Assembly: GCA_036336835.1 (NCBI GenBank)
Contig: JAYZFK010000078.1
Span: 1 to 61,627 of the forward strand
Direction: 5' to 3'
Source of the DNA: Myxococcota bacterium
GTDB taxonomy: Bacteria; Myxococcota_A; UBA9160; UBA4427
Length of the DNA: 61,627 bases
Each line of letters begins with the position of its first letter. Positions within the stretch are counted from its first letter, which is position 1. The notes under the pieces were generated by a model that made no database searches, was not told the origin of the DNA, and saw only the letters and a program-made list of their open reading frames with translations. A program made the translations under genes and the position numbers. Positions 41,505-51,244 of this stretch are shown piece by piece.

Positions 41505-41543
41505 TCTCACCTGCCGAGGGTCCCGTCCGAGAGGGGGCCCGAG

Positions 41544-43550
41544 TCAATGATCCGACTCCGGCTGGCTCTCTCTCGACCATAGGGCGTGGCTCGGATCGAG
41601 GAAGACGCGCTCGAAGCTCGCGTCGGCCAGGGCGTCGTCGAGCAGGCTCCCCGCCCGGACCGCTCCGGACAGGCCGACCGCCGCCAGTGCGTAGTCGTCG
41701 ATCGCCTTGCGCAGGACGTCGCCCGCCCGAGCGGATCGCACTTCGCCCGAGACGAGCCGCGCCAGGTGCATTCGTCGGTCGAGCTCGCTCGGCTCGTAGC
41801 GCGCCCGTAGCACGCCGAGGTACTCCGGCCGGACGACGAGCGGCGTGGGTGCCGCCTCGAAGCCCGTGATCCACGGCGAGACTTCGAACGGCAGCAACAC
41901 CGACGACCCGGCGCGGCTGTGCGCGAGCAAGGCGCCGATCACCGGCTGTACCCGAGCGGGAATTCGTCGGCCCGGCCACGACCAGACGACGCCGTTCGCA
42001 GTCGCAGTGACCGGTGAGCCCGGCACCCACAGCAGCAGCAATCCGCACGCCAGGGTGCCGAGTGCGGCGGCGGGCAGTGGCAGGCGCCCGGAGAGGCGCG
42101 GCGCGGTGGCCAGCGCGGCGACCAGGATCGGGAGTGGGAGCACCCAGAAGACGCGCCAGTAGGTGCCGGGCCCAGTGATCGATGCGGCGACCCAGCTCGC
42201 GACGAACGGGTTCCAGAAGAAGAGCAGGAAGCCGAGTGCGAACACCGTACAGAAGCGCCGGCCGGCAGGCGTCGCCGCGAAGATTCCGGAGAGCAGCATC
42301 ACCCCGATCAGCAGCGAGGCGAGGGGGTCGTTGCCGAGTACGGGCTCGATCGCGCTGCGCGCGAGCACCGCGTCGGACAGTACGGGGAACTCGCCCCGCA
42401 GCGTCCCGGCAGCGAACAGCGCCCGGGTCTCTCCGCGGATCGCCAGTCCCGCGGCCAGTGGATAGGCCGAGGCGAGCGCAGCGAAGCCGATCCGCCGCAG
42501 CGAGCCGCGCTCGGCCACCAGCGCGCTCAGCAGCGCGAGCCCCGCGACCGCGGGGGCGAGCCAGACCGCAGAGGCGCTGAGTCCCAGGGCGGCGATCTGC
42601 ACTGCGGCGAGTCGAGCCCAGCACCTGGCGCTCGGCGCCCGCGCAAACTCGAGCGCACACGCGGCGATCCACGGTACGCCGACCGAGAGCAGGATCGCCT
42701 TGCCCTGCTGGAGCCGGACGAATCCGAAGTTGCCGAAGCCGTGCACGGCGCCACCGGCGAGCAGCAGGAAGGCGAGCGCAGCTGCCAGACCCCAGCCCCA
42801 GTCGCGGGGCAGCAGCAGTCGCAGCAGTCGCGCCAGACCGAGCGGGATCAGGGCTCCCGCGATCGCGGGTGTGGCGACGTGTGCGAGATCGATGACCGAC
42901 AGGCCGAAGCAGCGCGCGAGCGCTGCCCACAGCAGCTCGATTGCGTGCAGGCGGTAGACCGGGAGTGGGAGCGGCAGCCCTTCGATCCCGTGAAGCGTGT
43001 CGGCTGCGAGGAGTGGGAGCTCGGGCCGCACGGCTGCGGCAACCGCGAGATTGAGGTAGAGGGCGTCGTCGGCGTCGGGGCGATGACACACGGATGCGAG
43101 CACGGCTCCCGCCGCCGCGACACCCCACAGCCAGCGGGCGTCGCCGACCGCGGGCGTCCGAGGCGCACTGCCGCGCCGAGCCTCGCGCAGACAGCTCGCG
43201 GCCAGCAGCGCCACGGCGACGATCCAGAACGGGCGCAAATCGGCGGTCCGGTGCAGCAGGACGATCGCCGCGCTCGCGGCGGCGAGCGCGATTGCACCCC
43301 AGACCCCGTCCGATGGCCAGGCTGCGCGGTAGCCGTCAGCTGGAGTCGGCGGTGTTTGCGAGTGCGGCAGCCAGCGCAGCGCCAGCACCGCGGCGGCGCC
43401 CGCGACGACGAACAGCGCGATCAGCGCGTCGAGGTCGAGGCCCGCCAGGACGGCTGCGTTCGCACAGACCGTCCAGACTGCGAGGCACCCGAGTGTGGCG
43501 TCGCCGAAGCGGAGTGCGCTCGGCAGTCGGTCCGGAGCGGTTGCGTTCAC
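41544..43550 (-). CDS. Polytopic membrane protein, putative GT-C (DUF6077-like)
   Basis: RPDADDALY loop, RLQQGKA, YWRVFWVLP; many TM segments. Confidence 0.65.
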   Translation of the reverse strand: MNATAPDRLPSALRFGDATLGCLAVWTVCANAAVLAGLDLDALIALFVVAGAAAVLALRWLPHSQTPPTPADGYRAAWPSDGVWGAIALAAASAAIVLLHRTADLRPFWIVAVALLAASCLREARRGSAPRTPAVGDARWLWGVAAAGAVLASVCHRPDADDALYLNLAVAAAVRPELPLLAADTLHGIEGLPLPLPVYRLHAIELLWAALARCFGLSVIDLAHVATPAIAGALIPLGLARLLRLLLPRDWGWGLAAALAFLLLAGGAVHGFGNFGFVRLQQGKAILLSVGVPWIAACALEFARAPSARCWARLAAVQIAALGLSASAVWLAPAVAGLALLSALVAERGSLRRIGFAALASAYPLAAGLAIRGETRALFAAGTLRGEFPVLSDAVLARSAIEPVLGNDPLASLLIGVMLLSGIFAATPAGRRFCTVFALGFLLFFWNPFVASWVAASITGPGTYWRVFWVLPLPILVAALATAPRLSGRLPLPAAALGTLACGLLLLWVPGSPVTATANGVVWSWPGRRIPARVQPVIGALLAHSRAGSSVLLPFEVSPWITGFEAAPTPLVVRPEYLGVLRARYEPSELDRRMHLARLVSGEVRSARAGDVLRKAIDDYALAAVGLSGAVRAGSLLDDALADASFERVFLDPSHALWSRESQPESDH

Positions 43551-43585
43551 TGTCTAGAGGATAGGGGCAACGGCCCGGCGGCGGC

Positions 43586-46177
43586 TCAGTCCGCCAGGTC
43601 GATGAAGGCGCGGCGGGCTCGGTAGGCGTCGAGCCGCTGGCGAATCGAGCGCAGCGGCTGGCCCGGCGTATAGCCGCTCTCGTAGAGCACGAGCGCCCGA
43701 CTTGCGTGCTGGACGGCTGCGGCGAAGTCGCCGGACGCGGCGTAGGCGGCGGCGATCGTGTCGAGGCTGTCCGCGTCGGGTCGTCCGGCAGCCAGCAGCG
43801 CCTCCGCATGGCGCACGGCGGCCTGGGGGTTGCGCAGCTCCGCGACCGGGCAGGTTGCGAGCAGCCAGGTGAGGTTGTTGCGCGCGGTGCTTCGGCCTGG
43901 GTCGAGCTCGAGACTTCGCTCGAGATGCTCGAGCGCAAGACGATACTCGCCCTCGATCAGGGCCAGCGTCCCCAGCTGCTCGTAGCTGGTGGCGTCGGCG
44001 TCTCCGCGTGCGACCGCCGCCTCGAGCAGCTGCCGTGCCTCGGCGCGTTGACCTGTCTCGAACAATGCGAGGGCCAGCCTGCTGCGCGCCGTGGCCGACT
44101 CGGGGTCCCGATCGCTGCGCGCCCGCCAGTACTCGACGGGGTCGTCGGAGGCGTCGATCCAGTCCGGATCGAGAACCCGGAACAGTGCGACGTCGTCGAG
44201 CGTCGCGATGCGTGCAAAGCGCTCGCCGTGCAGCGCGAGGCTCGCATGGATCGGCGCGCTGGTCGGTACTGCGATCCAATCCGCTTCGAGCTCGCGTTGC
44301 AGCGCGAGGTGTCGGGCGGCGAGCAGCCGCGAGCCGAAGAAGTCGACCACGCGCGCGTAGAGCGGCGGATTCGAGCCCGAGCGCCAGTAGCCCGTTTGGA
44401 GGCCGGCGCTGAGCGAGATGGCGAGTGGTTGCAGGCTCGGGTCGAGCAGGACGGTCTGGTCGCCGACGTACTCGCGCAGGGGCTCGATCCACTCCGACGC
44501 GGTCGCTGCCGGAAACGGGGCGGGGCTGAGCGCGGCGACGGACTCGCGGAGCTCGCCGAGGTCGCGCGGCAGCGCGCTCGCGAGCGCGACGCAGAGCGCG
44601 AAGACCGCCCCGGCAACGAGTCCGACCGCCCCGCTGCGCGGCGCCGCCCGCCTGGCCAGTGTGGCGACGGCCGCTGTACCCACCGCGAGCGCCAGCGCGG
44701 TCGGCAGCAGCCAGGTGAAGCGCCACAGTAGATATGGAGTGACCACCAGTCCGGCGAGCGGTGCGATTCCCGGCGTGTAGAGCATGAGCAGCGGCGCCGC
44801 CGTGGTGGCAAAGACGTAGCGCGCATCGGCGCGTCGACGGGCAAAGCCGACCAGTGCGAGCCCAGAGGCGATCCCGGCGACCAGCAGCGGGTGGGCGATC
44901 AGGCTCGTGTGGGCGGTGAAGCGGTTCTGCTTGCGCGACGTGATGTCGAGGCTGTCTCGCGTCAGCGGCTCGCGGCGCGCGAACCCCGCGTCGTCGGCGA
45001 GCGTGTTCGGCGCGCTCTCGTCGGCTCGCTGCGACAGTGGCCAGGCGACGAGCGGCAGCAGCAACAGGGCGAGTGCTCCCACGCGTCGCCAGCTGGTGCT
45101 CCGGGTCAGGGCGCTGACGAATCCGAAGGGCAGGCTCACCATCGCGAAGAAGGGCAGCCCGAGCGGGTGCGTCACGACGCACGCCACTCCGGTCGCGAAC
45201 GCCGCCGCGATCCAGCGCCGTTGCCCTCGCGCGAGCCACTCGGCAGCGAACATGGCGGCCGCGGGAGCCAGCAGTGTGGCCAGGAACACTTTGTCCTGGG
45301 AGGCGCGAAAGAACAGCACGGTGGCCGGCCAGCGCGAGCCTGAGGTCGCGCGGTCGAACACATAGGGCAGGGTCGCGTACAGCAGGGCCAGCTGCGCCAC
45401 CACGAGTGCCATGCGCGTCAGCGGTCCCGAGCCCAGCGCGACCGCCAGCGCATAGCTGGCGACGAGAGCGAGCGGGATCAGGCCGAGCGGCAGCCAGCTC
45501 CAGAACACCTGGAGCGCGTTCGCATCGACGCGGACCAGTCGCGCGAGCATTGCTTCGAAGGCGAGGAAGCCGCTCGACTGCAGCCGGGGGTTCCACTCTT
45601 CGGGGTCGATCGAGTGCGGGAGGTATGCGAGGCCGGGTCGATCGGCCATCCAGTCGATGTAGGAGAGGTAGTACCAGAGATCGCCGCCGGGCATCGACGG
45701 CTCGATCCAGACGGCGAACGTGGTCGCGAGTGCCGCCGCGCCGAGCGCGACCAGTCCGTCCGCGCTCCACTCGAGCGCGCCGCGTGCCCGCAGGCCGTCG
45801 TAGTCGCCCAGCTCACCGCGCCGAGCGAGCACGACGATCGCTGCCAGCGGGATCGTCTCGAGAGCCACCAGCAGGGGCCCGCCCGACTCGAGCGGCCAGC
45901 CGAGCGCGTGCAGTGTCCACGCGAGTGGCAGGCTGATGGCGGCGCCGAGCGCGAGCGAGGTGGCGACCCCCGACCAGATCGAGCGCCAGGACGGGTGCAG
46001 TCGGAGTGCCGTAGCAACGAGGAAGCCCGGCACGAGCAGCAGCGCGCCTAGCGTCGCGAGCGTGCTCGTGGCACTGCCCCGCAGCGGTGCGAAGCCGACC
46101 AGGACGAGTGCACCGGCGAGCCAGACGACACCCGCACCTGCGAGCGCGGGGGGCACGGCCGTCGCTCGTGAGTTCAT
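43586..46177 (-). CDS. Polytopic membrane protein, putative GT-C, with C-terminal TPRs
   Basis: GGDLWYY loop, RASQDKV, LWRFTWLLP (parallel to the neighbour's motifs); TPR tail NNLTWLLAT..LDTIAAAYA. Confidence 0.65.
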   Translation of the reverse strand: MNSRATAVPPALAGAGVVWLAGALVLVGFAPLRGSATSTLATLGALLLVPGFLVATALRLHPSWRSIWSGVATSLALGAAISLPLAWTLHALGWPLESGGPLLVALETIPLAAIVVLARRGELGDYDGLRARGALEWSADGLVALGAAALATTFAVWIEPSMPGGDLWYYLSYIDWMADRPGLAYLPHSIDPEEWNPRLQSSGFLAFEAMLARLVRVDANALQVFWSWLPLGLIPLALVASYALAVALGSGPLTRMALVVAQLALLYATLPYVFDRATSGSRWPATVLFFRASQDKVFLATLLAPAAAMFAAEWLARGQRRWIAAAFATGVACVVTHPLGLPFFAMVSLPFGFVSALTRSTSWRRVGALALLLLPLVAWPLSQRADESAPNTLADDAGFARREPLTRDSLDITSRKQNRFTAHTSLIAHPLLVAGIASGLALVGFARRRADARYVFATTAAPLLMLYTPGIAPLAGLVVTPYLLWRFTWLLPTALALAVGTAAVATLARRAAPRSGAVGLVAGAVFALCVALASALPRDLGELRESVAALSPAPFPAATASEWIEPLREYVGDQTVLLDPSLQPLAISLSAGLQTGYWRSGSNPPLYARVVDFFGSRLLAARHLALQRELEADWIAVPTSAPIHASLALHGERFARIATLDDVALFRVLDPDWIDASDDPVEYWRARSDRDPESATARSRLALALFETGQRAEARQLLEAAVARGDADATSYEQLGTLALIEGEYRLALEHLERSLELDPGRSTARNNLTWLLATCPVAELRNPQAAVRHAEALLAAGRPDADSLDTIAAAYAASGDFAAAVQHASRALVLYESGYTPGQPLRSIRQRLDAYRARRAFIDLAD

Positions 46178-46254
46178 CCCCAGTCAAGTCCCCAGCGCAC
46201 CACGGGCGCCCCGGTACAATGCAGCAGTCGCGCTCGAGGCGGAAGAGGGGGCCC

Positions 46255-47286
46255 GTGTTGATCGACTCCGAGGTCGAACGCATCCGGTCGCTGCTCTGCG
46301 TGATGCAGAGCCACATCCAGGCGCGCGTCAGTGAGGCGCGTCAGCGCCGCTCGAGCGAGGATCTCTCGTCCGTCGCCGCGGTGACCGAATCCGACACCAT
46401 CTACAAGATCGATCGGGTCGGCGAGGAGGCGATTCTCGCGTGGTTCGAGGCTCACTGGCCCCGTTCCTGGCCCGTCGAGCTCGTGATGGAAGGCGCGCCC
46501 GAAGGGTCTGGCGCTGGCCTGCGTTTCCCGCGAGATGCCCCGGACAGCGAGCTGCGTTTCACCTGCATCATCGATCCGATCGACGGGACGCGGAGTCTGA
46601 TGCACGACAAGCGTTCGGCATGGATCCTGTCGGCGGTAGCCCCCTTCGACGCGTCGCGTCCTGCGCGGCTGCGCGACACGCGGGTCGCCGTCATGACCGA
46701 GCTGCCGCCGACGAAGCAGCAGCTGGCCGACCAGGTCTCGGCGATTCGCGGAGCGGGGCGTTCGGGGCTGCGGGCCGAACGCGTCGATCTGCGAAGCGGT
46801 GGGCGCGCTCCCGTGCAGCTGCGCCCATCGCGAGCGCGCGATCTGTGCAACGGCTTCGCGGCGTTTGCGCGCTTCTTTCCGCAGGGCAAGGCACTGGTGG
46901 CGGCGTTCGAGGAATCGCTCTGGGAGCGGCTCTACGGGGAGTCGGAGGCGGGCGGCCCCGCGATCTTCGACGACCAGTACCTCTGTACGGGTGGGCAGTT
47001 CTACGAGCTGCTGGCCGGGCACGATCGCATGCTCGGTGACCTGCGGCCGCTCGTGTTCGAGAAGCTCGGTCTGTCGCAGGCGATCACCTGCCACCCCTAC
47101 GACGCCTGCACGGCCCTGATCCTCGAGGAAGCCGGCTGCCGTGTCAGCGCACCGGACGGCGCGCCGCTCGACTTTCCGCTCGACACCGTGTCGCCGGTTG
47201 CGTGGGTCGGGTTCGCGAACGCCGAGCTCGAAGCGCACGTGCGCCCGGCACTCGAGGCCACGCTCGGGGAGTTCTTCGGCGTTTGA
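46255..47286 (+). CDS. Inositol monophosphatase/FBPase superfamily protein
   Basis: DTIYKID, VMEG, IIDPIDGTR, HPYD; start uncertain. Confidence 0.75.
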   Translation: MLIDSEVERIRSLLCVMQSHIQARVSEARQRRSSEDLSSVAAVTESDTIYKIDRVGEEAILAWFEAHWPRSWPVELVMEGAPEGSGAGLRFPRDAPDSELRFTCIIDPIDGTRSLMHDKRSAWILSAVAPFDASRPARLRDTRVAVMTELPPTKQQLADQVSAIRGAGRSGLRAERVDLRSGGRAPVQLRPSRARDLCNGFAAFARFFPQGKALVAAFEESLWERLYGESEAGGPAIFDDQYLCTGGQFYELLAGHDRMLGDLRPLVFEKLGLSQAITCHPYDACTALILEEAGCRVSAPDGAPLDFPLDTVSPVAWVGFANAELEAHVRPALEATLGEFFGV

Positions 47287-47395
47287 CGCTGACGCGGCGA
47301 GCGCGGCCGACCAGCGGCTCCTTTCGGCGCCGCTCGAAGCACGAGCGATCGACCGTGCGGTCCGCGAAGGCGCAGCGCAGGGCGTGGCAGGGCAG

Positions 47396-49492
47396 CTAGC
47401 GCTCGTCGACCCGGAAGAGCCCCCAGTCGGGTCCGCCGGCGAGCTTGGGGAAGCTCTCCGGTCTCGCCTCCATCCAGCCCTGCTCGAGCGAGCGGGGCCG
47501 CAGCGACAGCACCTCGCTGATGTCGCGTTCGGCAAGCCGCGCGAGCCACGCGCGCTCGTCGGCGCGCTGCGCGCGGCGGCCCTCGGGGCCGAAGTGCGCG
47601 AGCGTGCCGGCGCGCGATACCGGGACGTAGTGGAGCGTGTTCTGGAGGCTGCGGCCCAGGAAGAAGTAGCTGAGCCAGTTGTCGCCGTCCTGATGGGGCC
47701 CGGCGGTGACCGCGATCCGGCGAGCGACGCCGGGCTCGTCGAGCTGGGCCGCGGCCTCTCGCCAGTAGCGCGGGAAGCGGTGGTGATGCCGGGCGCTCGC
47801 CAGCAGCTCGTAGCGGACCGCCGTCTGCAGTGCGTCGAGCCCCGCGGTGATCACTGCCAGCGCGAGCACGCCGGCGACGACGCCGGCCCGCTCCGAGCGG
47901 TGACCGAGCCAGCGGACTAGCGAGCCCAGGACGAGCACCGCGGCCCCGAGTGCTGCAACCACGAGCGACTCCCACTGGCTCCAGCCGCGGCCGACGAAGG
48001 CGAGGGAGTACCAGGCGGCGGCGACGAACAGCACGCTGGTCAAGAGCTGGCCCCAGCGGCGGAACGACCGGCCCGCGACCAGGGCCAGCGGCGTGCCGAC
48101 GATGACCGCCAGGGCGATGTAGCGCGAGTTCGCGCGCGGCCAGTACAAGCGGTTGACGTTCATGGCCGGCAGGTAAACGAAGGCGATACTCAGGAGTACC
48201 ACCGCGACGAGCATGCCGACGGCCGTTGGCGAGCGGCGCCAGGCGGCGGCGACCCCGAGCGGCATCGCGAGCAAGGGCACGAGAGCGCTCGGGCCCAGTG
48301 CCGTCGCGAGCGCGCCCGGCGGCACGAAGACGGCGCGCAGCGCGTTCCATTCGGCCTGTGCCGTGTAGGCGCGGGTCGTGTCGTGACTGCGGTTCCAGGC
48401 GAGCGCCGGATCGGCCTCGCCGAGCGTGATTCCGAACAGCTCGAGCGGGATCGGGCTCAGCGGGTAGCCGGTCTCGAGCAGAGGAGCGACGAGCCAGGGT
48501 GCGATCAGGGCACCGGCGGCCAGGACGCCCGCAGCGACCGCGCGGGCGGGCGAGCGATTGCCGCGCCGCCACGCAGCGACGCCCCAGAAGGCGAGGGCTG
48601 CCGCGGTCACCGCGAGCGGAATGCCAGCAACGAACTTGATCGACGCCGCCGCACCCAGCGACACCAGGGCGAGGAATGCGGCGGGCGCGCGCTCGGTCCG
48701 GACGGCTCGCAGCGCCAGCCCGAGGGCGGTGACGACGCACAGCAGCATCGGAAGCTCGACGTAGCCGGACGGCACCTGCAGTCGCAGCGTCGGCAGCATG
48801 ATGCTGGCCCAGGCCGCGATTGCCGCCTGCGCGCTGCGCAGGCCGAGCTCTCGGGCCAGCGCAAAGCAGGCGACGCCCAGCGCCACCCATTCGACGCCGT
48901 TGACCAGGCCCGCGAGCAGGTCCGAGTGGAAGGGCAGCATCGCCCACGCAACGAGCACCTCGCCGGCGGCGAAGAAGTGTCGATACAGGCTCCAGCTGCC
49001 CGGTCCCGACTCGAACGTGAAAGCGTTCTGTACGAAGAGCGCGGCTCGCACGCCGTGATAGGTCGCCGTGTCCCACGCAAGCGGTGGCCCCGCGAGCGTG
49101 CGTGCCACTGCGAGCACCGCGGGCCCGCCGAGCACGAGCGCAAGCAGGCGATGGATCGGCCGCTCGAGCCGCAGCGCCGTTCTCAGCACGCGCCGCTCCC
49201 GCGCGAGCAGCACCTGCGGCGGCGGGCCCGGGACGAAGCGCAGCGCGGTCGCTGCACACACGCCCGCGGCCAGCGCCGCGGGAAGCGGGCGGAACAGCCC
49301 GAGCGGCAGCAATGCGAAGAAGCCAGCGATGGCGAGGGCGATGCCGGTGGTTGCCGTCGCAGCCCAGCGCAGCGCGCTCGATCCGGCACCGACCGCGTGC
49401 CAGGCGATCCGATGGGCTGCCGCGAAGCAGCACCCGATCAGCCACAGTGCCAGCAGTGTCTGGGGGATCACCCGCAGCGAGTCGAGCAGCAT
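47396..49492 (-). CDS. GT-C-type membrane glycosyltransferase
   Basis: PPLAWDTATYH loop, SGYVELP, ASIKF, TGYPLSP; many TM segments; ATG 49492 lies just after the methyltransferase stop. Confidence 0.68.
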   Translation of the reverse strand: MLLDSLRVIPQTLLALWLIGCCFAAAHRIAWHAVGAGSSALRWAATATTGIALAIAGFFALLPLGLFRPLPAALAAGVCAATALRFVPGPPPQVLLARERRVLRTALRLERPIHRLLALVLGGPAVLAVARTLAGPPLAWDTATYHGVRAALFVQNAFTFESGPGSWSLYRHFFAAGEVLVAWAMLPFHSDLLAGLVNGVEWVALGVACFALARELGLRSAQAAIAAWASIMLPTLRLQVPSGYVELPMLLCVVTALGLALRAVRTERAPAAFLALVSLGAAASIKFVAGIPLAVTAAALAFWGVAAWRRGNRSPARAVAAGVLAAGALIAPWLVAPLLETGYPLSPIPLELFGITLGEADPALAWNRSHDTTRAYTAQAEWNALRAVFVPPGALATALGPSALVPLLAMPLGVAAAWRRSPTAVGMLVAVVLLSIAFVYLPAMNVNRLYWPRANSRYIALAVIVGTPLALVAGRSFRRWGQLLTSVLFVAAAWYSLAFVGRGWSQWESLVVAALGAAVLVLGSLVRWLGHRSERAGVVAGVLALAVITAGLDALQTAVRYELLASARHHHRFPRYWREAAAQLDEPGVARRIAVTAGPHQDGDNWLSYFFLGRSLQNTLHYVPVSRAGTLAHFGPEGRRAQRADERAWLARLAERDISEVLSLRPRSLEQGWMEARPESFPKLAGGPDWGLFRVDER

Positions 49493-49503
49493 TGGCCCGC
49501 GGG

Positions 49504-50895
49504 TCAATCCGCGTTGGCTCCGCGTCGTTCGAGCCGATAGAGCGTCCGCTCCGAACCCCGGATGTCGACCGCCTCCGCGATGCTCCAGTCGGCCCGGAAG
49601 GCGGCCTCGAACCCCGCCCGCGTGTAGTCGGGGAAGACGTCTTCGCGCGTAGCGAGCAGGGTGCGCACCTTGGCGTCGCTCTTCGGGACGAACTCGATGA
49701 TCAGGTGCTCGCTCAGGTCCGCGAGCAAGCGCGAGATGTGGGACAGCGGGACATTGTTCGAGATCGCGAGATGGTGGATCAGTGCCAGCGCCAGGATCGC
49801 GTCCGTATTGCTGCGCTCGATCAGCGCCCGGCGCTCGCGATTTGCCCAGCCGATGCTGGGCGATGGGTTCACGAGGTCGAGGAGGAGGGGAAGGATCGAT
49901 TCCTCGCCGTTCTTGCGCACCTCGCGATAGTTGCGTTCCACGCACGCGGGATCGACGTCGAATGAGCAGACTCGTGCGCCCTGCTTGCTCGCAATCCGGC
50001 TGTAGACGCCGGTATTGGCGCCCAGATCCCAGACACGCGATGGAGCAATCGCAGAGAGAAACTTCTCGACGAGCTCCTGCTTGTGCTCGAGCGCGCCTTC
50101 CTCGTAGCTGTCTCCGCGGTAGTAGTCCGCCCACTCGGTCCCTTGTGGCTGCCAGTCGAGCTTGCGGACCGTGCCCTCGAGTGCGCGGATGAGGTTCTGG
50201 TGCGCCGACTTCGCGAGCTTGCGCGTCTGCGCCGCGGCCTGCTCGCCACCGCCTTCGAAACGCCGCTGGAAGCGCGCGTGCATCCACAGATGCATGGTGA
50301 GACCGAGATTGAGCCATGTCCGGCGGGGAAGCAGCGAGACCGCGAGGTCGAGTGGAATCCCGTCGATGTGCGTTACGAGCAGACGCTGGAGTCGGACGTC
50401 GCGCCGGCTCATCAGCGCCAGCGGCGCGAGGAAGTGCTGGCAGAACTGCCGGTAGCCGACCCACGGCTCGCCTTCTTGGTAGTGACCGAATGAGAGCGTG
50501 TCGATGAAGATCGGCCGTCCGTGCTGGAACTGCACGTTGTAGGCGGATGCGTCGCGCAGCGTCATGCCGAAGCCGAGCGCCTTGCGCTGGATGCGCAGCG
50601 TGAGCAGCGCAGCGTCCTTCAGCTGGCTGAAGCTCCACTCGTAGGGCTGCGAGATGAAGTCGATCAGCTCCGGGCGCAGGGTGCGGAAGTGTTCGGAGTC
50701 GGCCGGGTCGTCTGCCACCTCCTCGTGGGGCACCAGCCAGCGCTTCGAAACGAGCGCGTCGTACAGCCCGGAGGACATGAGCTGCTCGTACTCGGAGGCG
50801 TAGCGCCGATTGACCTGCCGAAGGATCGCTCCGTCGCGCTGGAAGACGAAGCCGCTTGGATCGCGAAAGGAGGCCTCGTGACGCTCCTCAGTCAT
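49504..50895 (-). CDS. NoeA-like protein: kinase-like N-domain plus class I SAM methyltransferase
   Basis: SFRDPSGFVF, PYEWSFSQLKDAALLTL, LRDASAYNVQF, IFIDTLSF; VWDLGANTGVYS, LALIHHLAI. Confidence 0.82.
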   Translation of the reverse strand: MTEERHEASFRDPSGFVFQRDGAILRQVNRRYASEYEQLMSSGLYDALVSKRWLVPHEEVADDPADSEHFRTLRPELIDFISQPYEWSFSQLKDAALLTLRIQRKALGFGMTLRDASAYNVQFQHGRPIFIDTLSFGHYQEGEPWVGYRQFCQHFLAPLALMSRRDVRLQRLLVTHIDGIPLDLAVSLLPRRTWLNLGLTMHLWMHARFQRRFEGGGEQAAAQTRKLAKSAHQNLIRALEGTVRKLDWQPQGTEWADYYRGDSYEEGALEHKQELVEKFLSAIAPSRVWDLGANTGVYSRIASKQGARVCSFDVDPACVERNYREVRKNGEESILPLLLDLVNPSPSIGWANRERRALIERSNTDAILALALIHHLAISNNVPLSHISRLLADLSEHLIIEFVPKSDAKVRTLLATREDVFPDYTRAGFEAAFRADWSIAEAVDIRGSERTLYRLERRGANAD

Positions 50896-51175
50896 CGTCG
50901 CGTGACGATTCTTCGCCTTCGTTGCCCTCGGTGGCGAGTCCGAGGAAGCCCTTGATCTTCGTCCAGTAGATGCGCGAGGTGACCGCGATCCCGGCCACTG
51001 CCGCCACCAGGGCCTGGACCAGGAAGCTCCCGGTTCCCGGATCGATATAGGCGGGTACGGAGCGCATCTCGGACTCGGCTGACGCCGCGAGGGCGAACCC
51101 GGCTACGAGCAGTGCCACGAGCAGCGCCTGGCGGCGCGCTCTTCGGAGGTCGTGAAAGAATTGGAAGTCGGCCAT
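50888..51175 (-). CDS. Small membrane protein with YIDPGTGS motif
   Basis: AYIDPGTGSFLVQALVA followed by a TM and basic WTKIK; overlaps the start of the NoeA-like gene. Confidence 0.75.
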   Translation of the reverse strand: MADFQFFHDLRRARRQALLVALLVAGFALAASAESEMRSVPAYIDPGTGSFLVQALVAAVAGIAVTSRIYWTKIKGFLGLATEGNEGEESSRDDD

Positions 51176-51244
51176 CTGCCTATCTTGCCACTACCTAGCG
51201 TCTTCGACCAGAAGCAGCTCCTGCGCAACCCAGATGCAGCCTCG

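Noticed and set aside
49493..50638. N-terminal 382 aa of the 1080-aa ORF as a giant fusion
   Set aside because: It overlaps the NoeA-like gene in another frame; the real membrane protein starts near 49492
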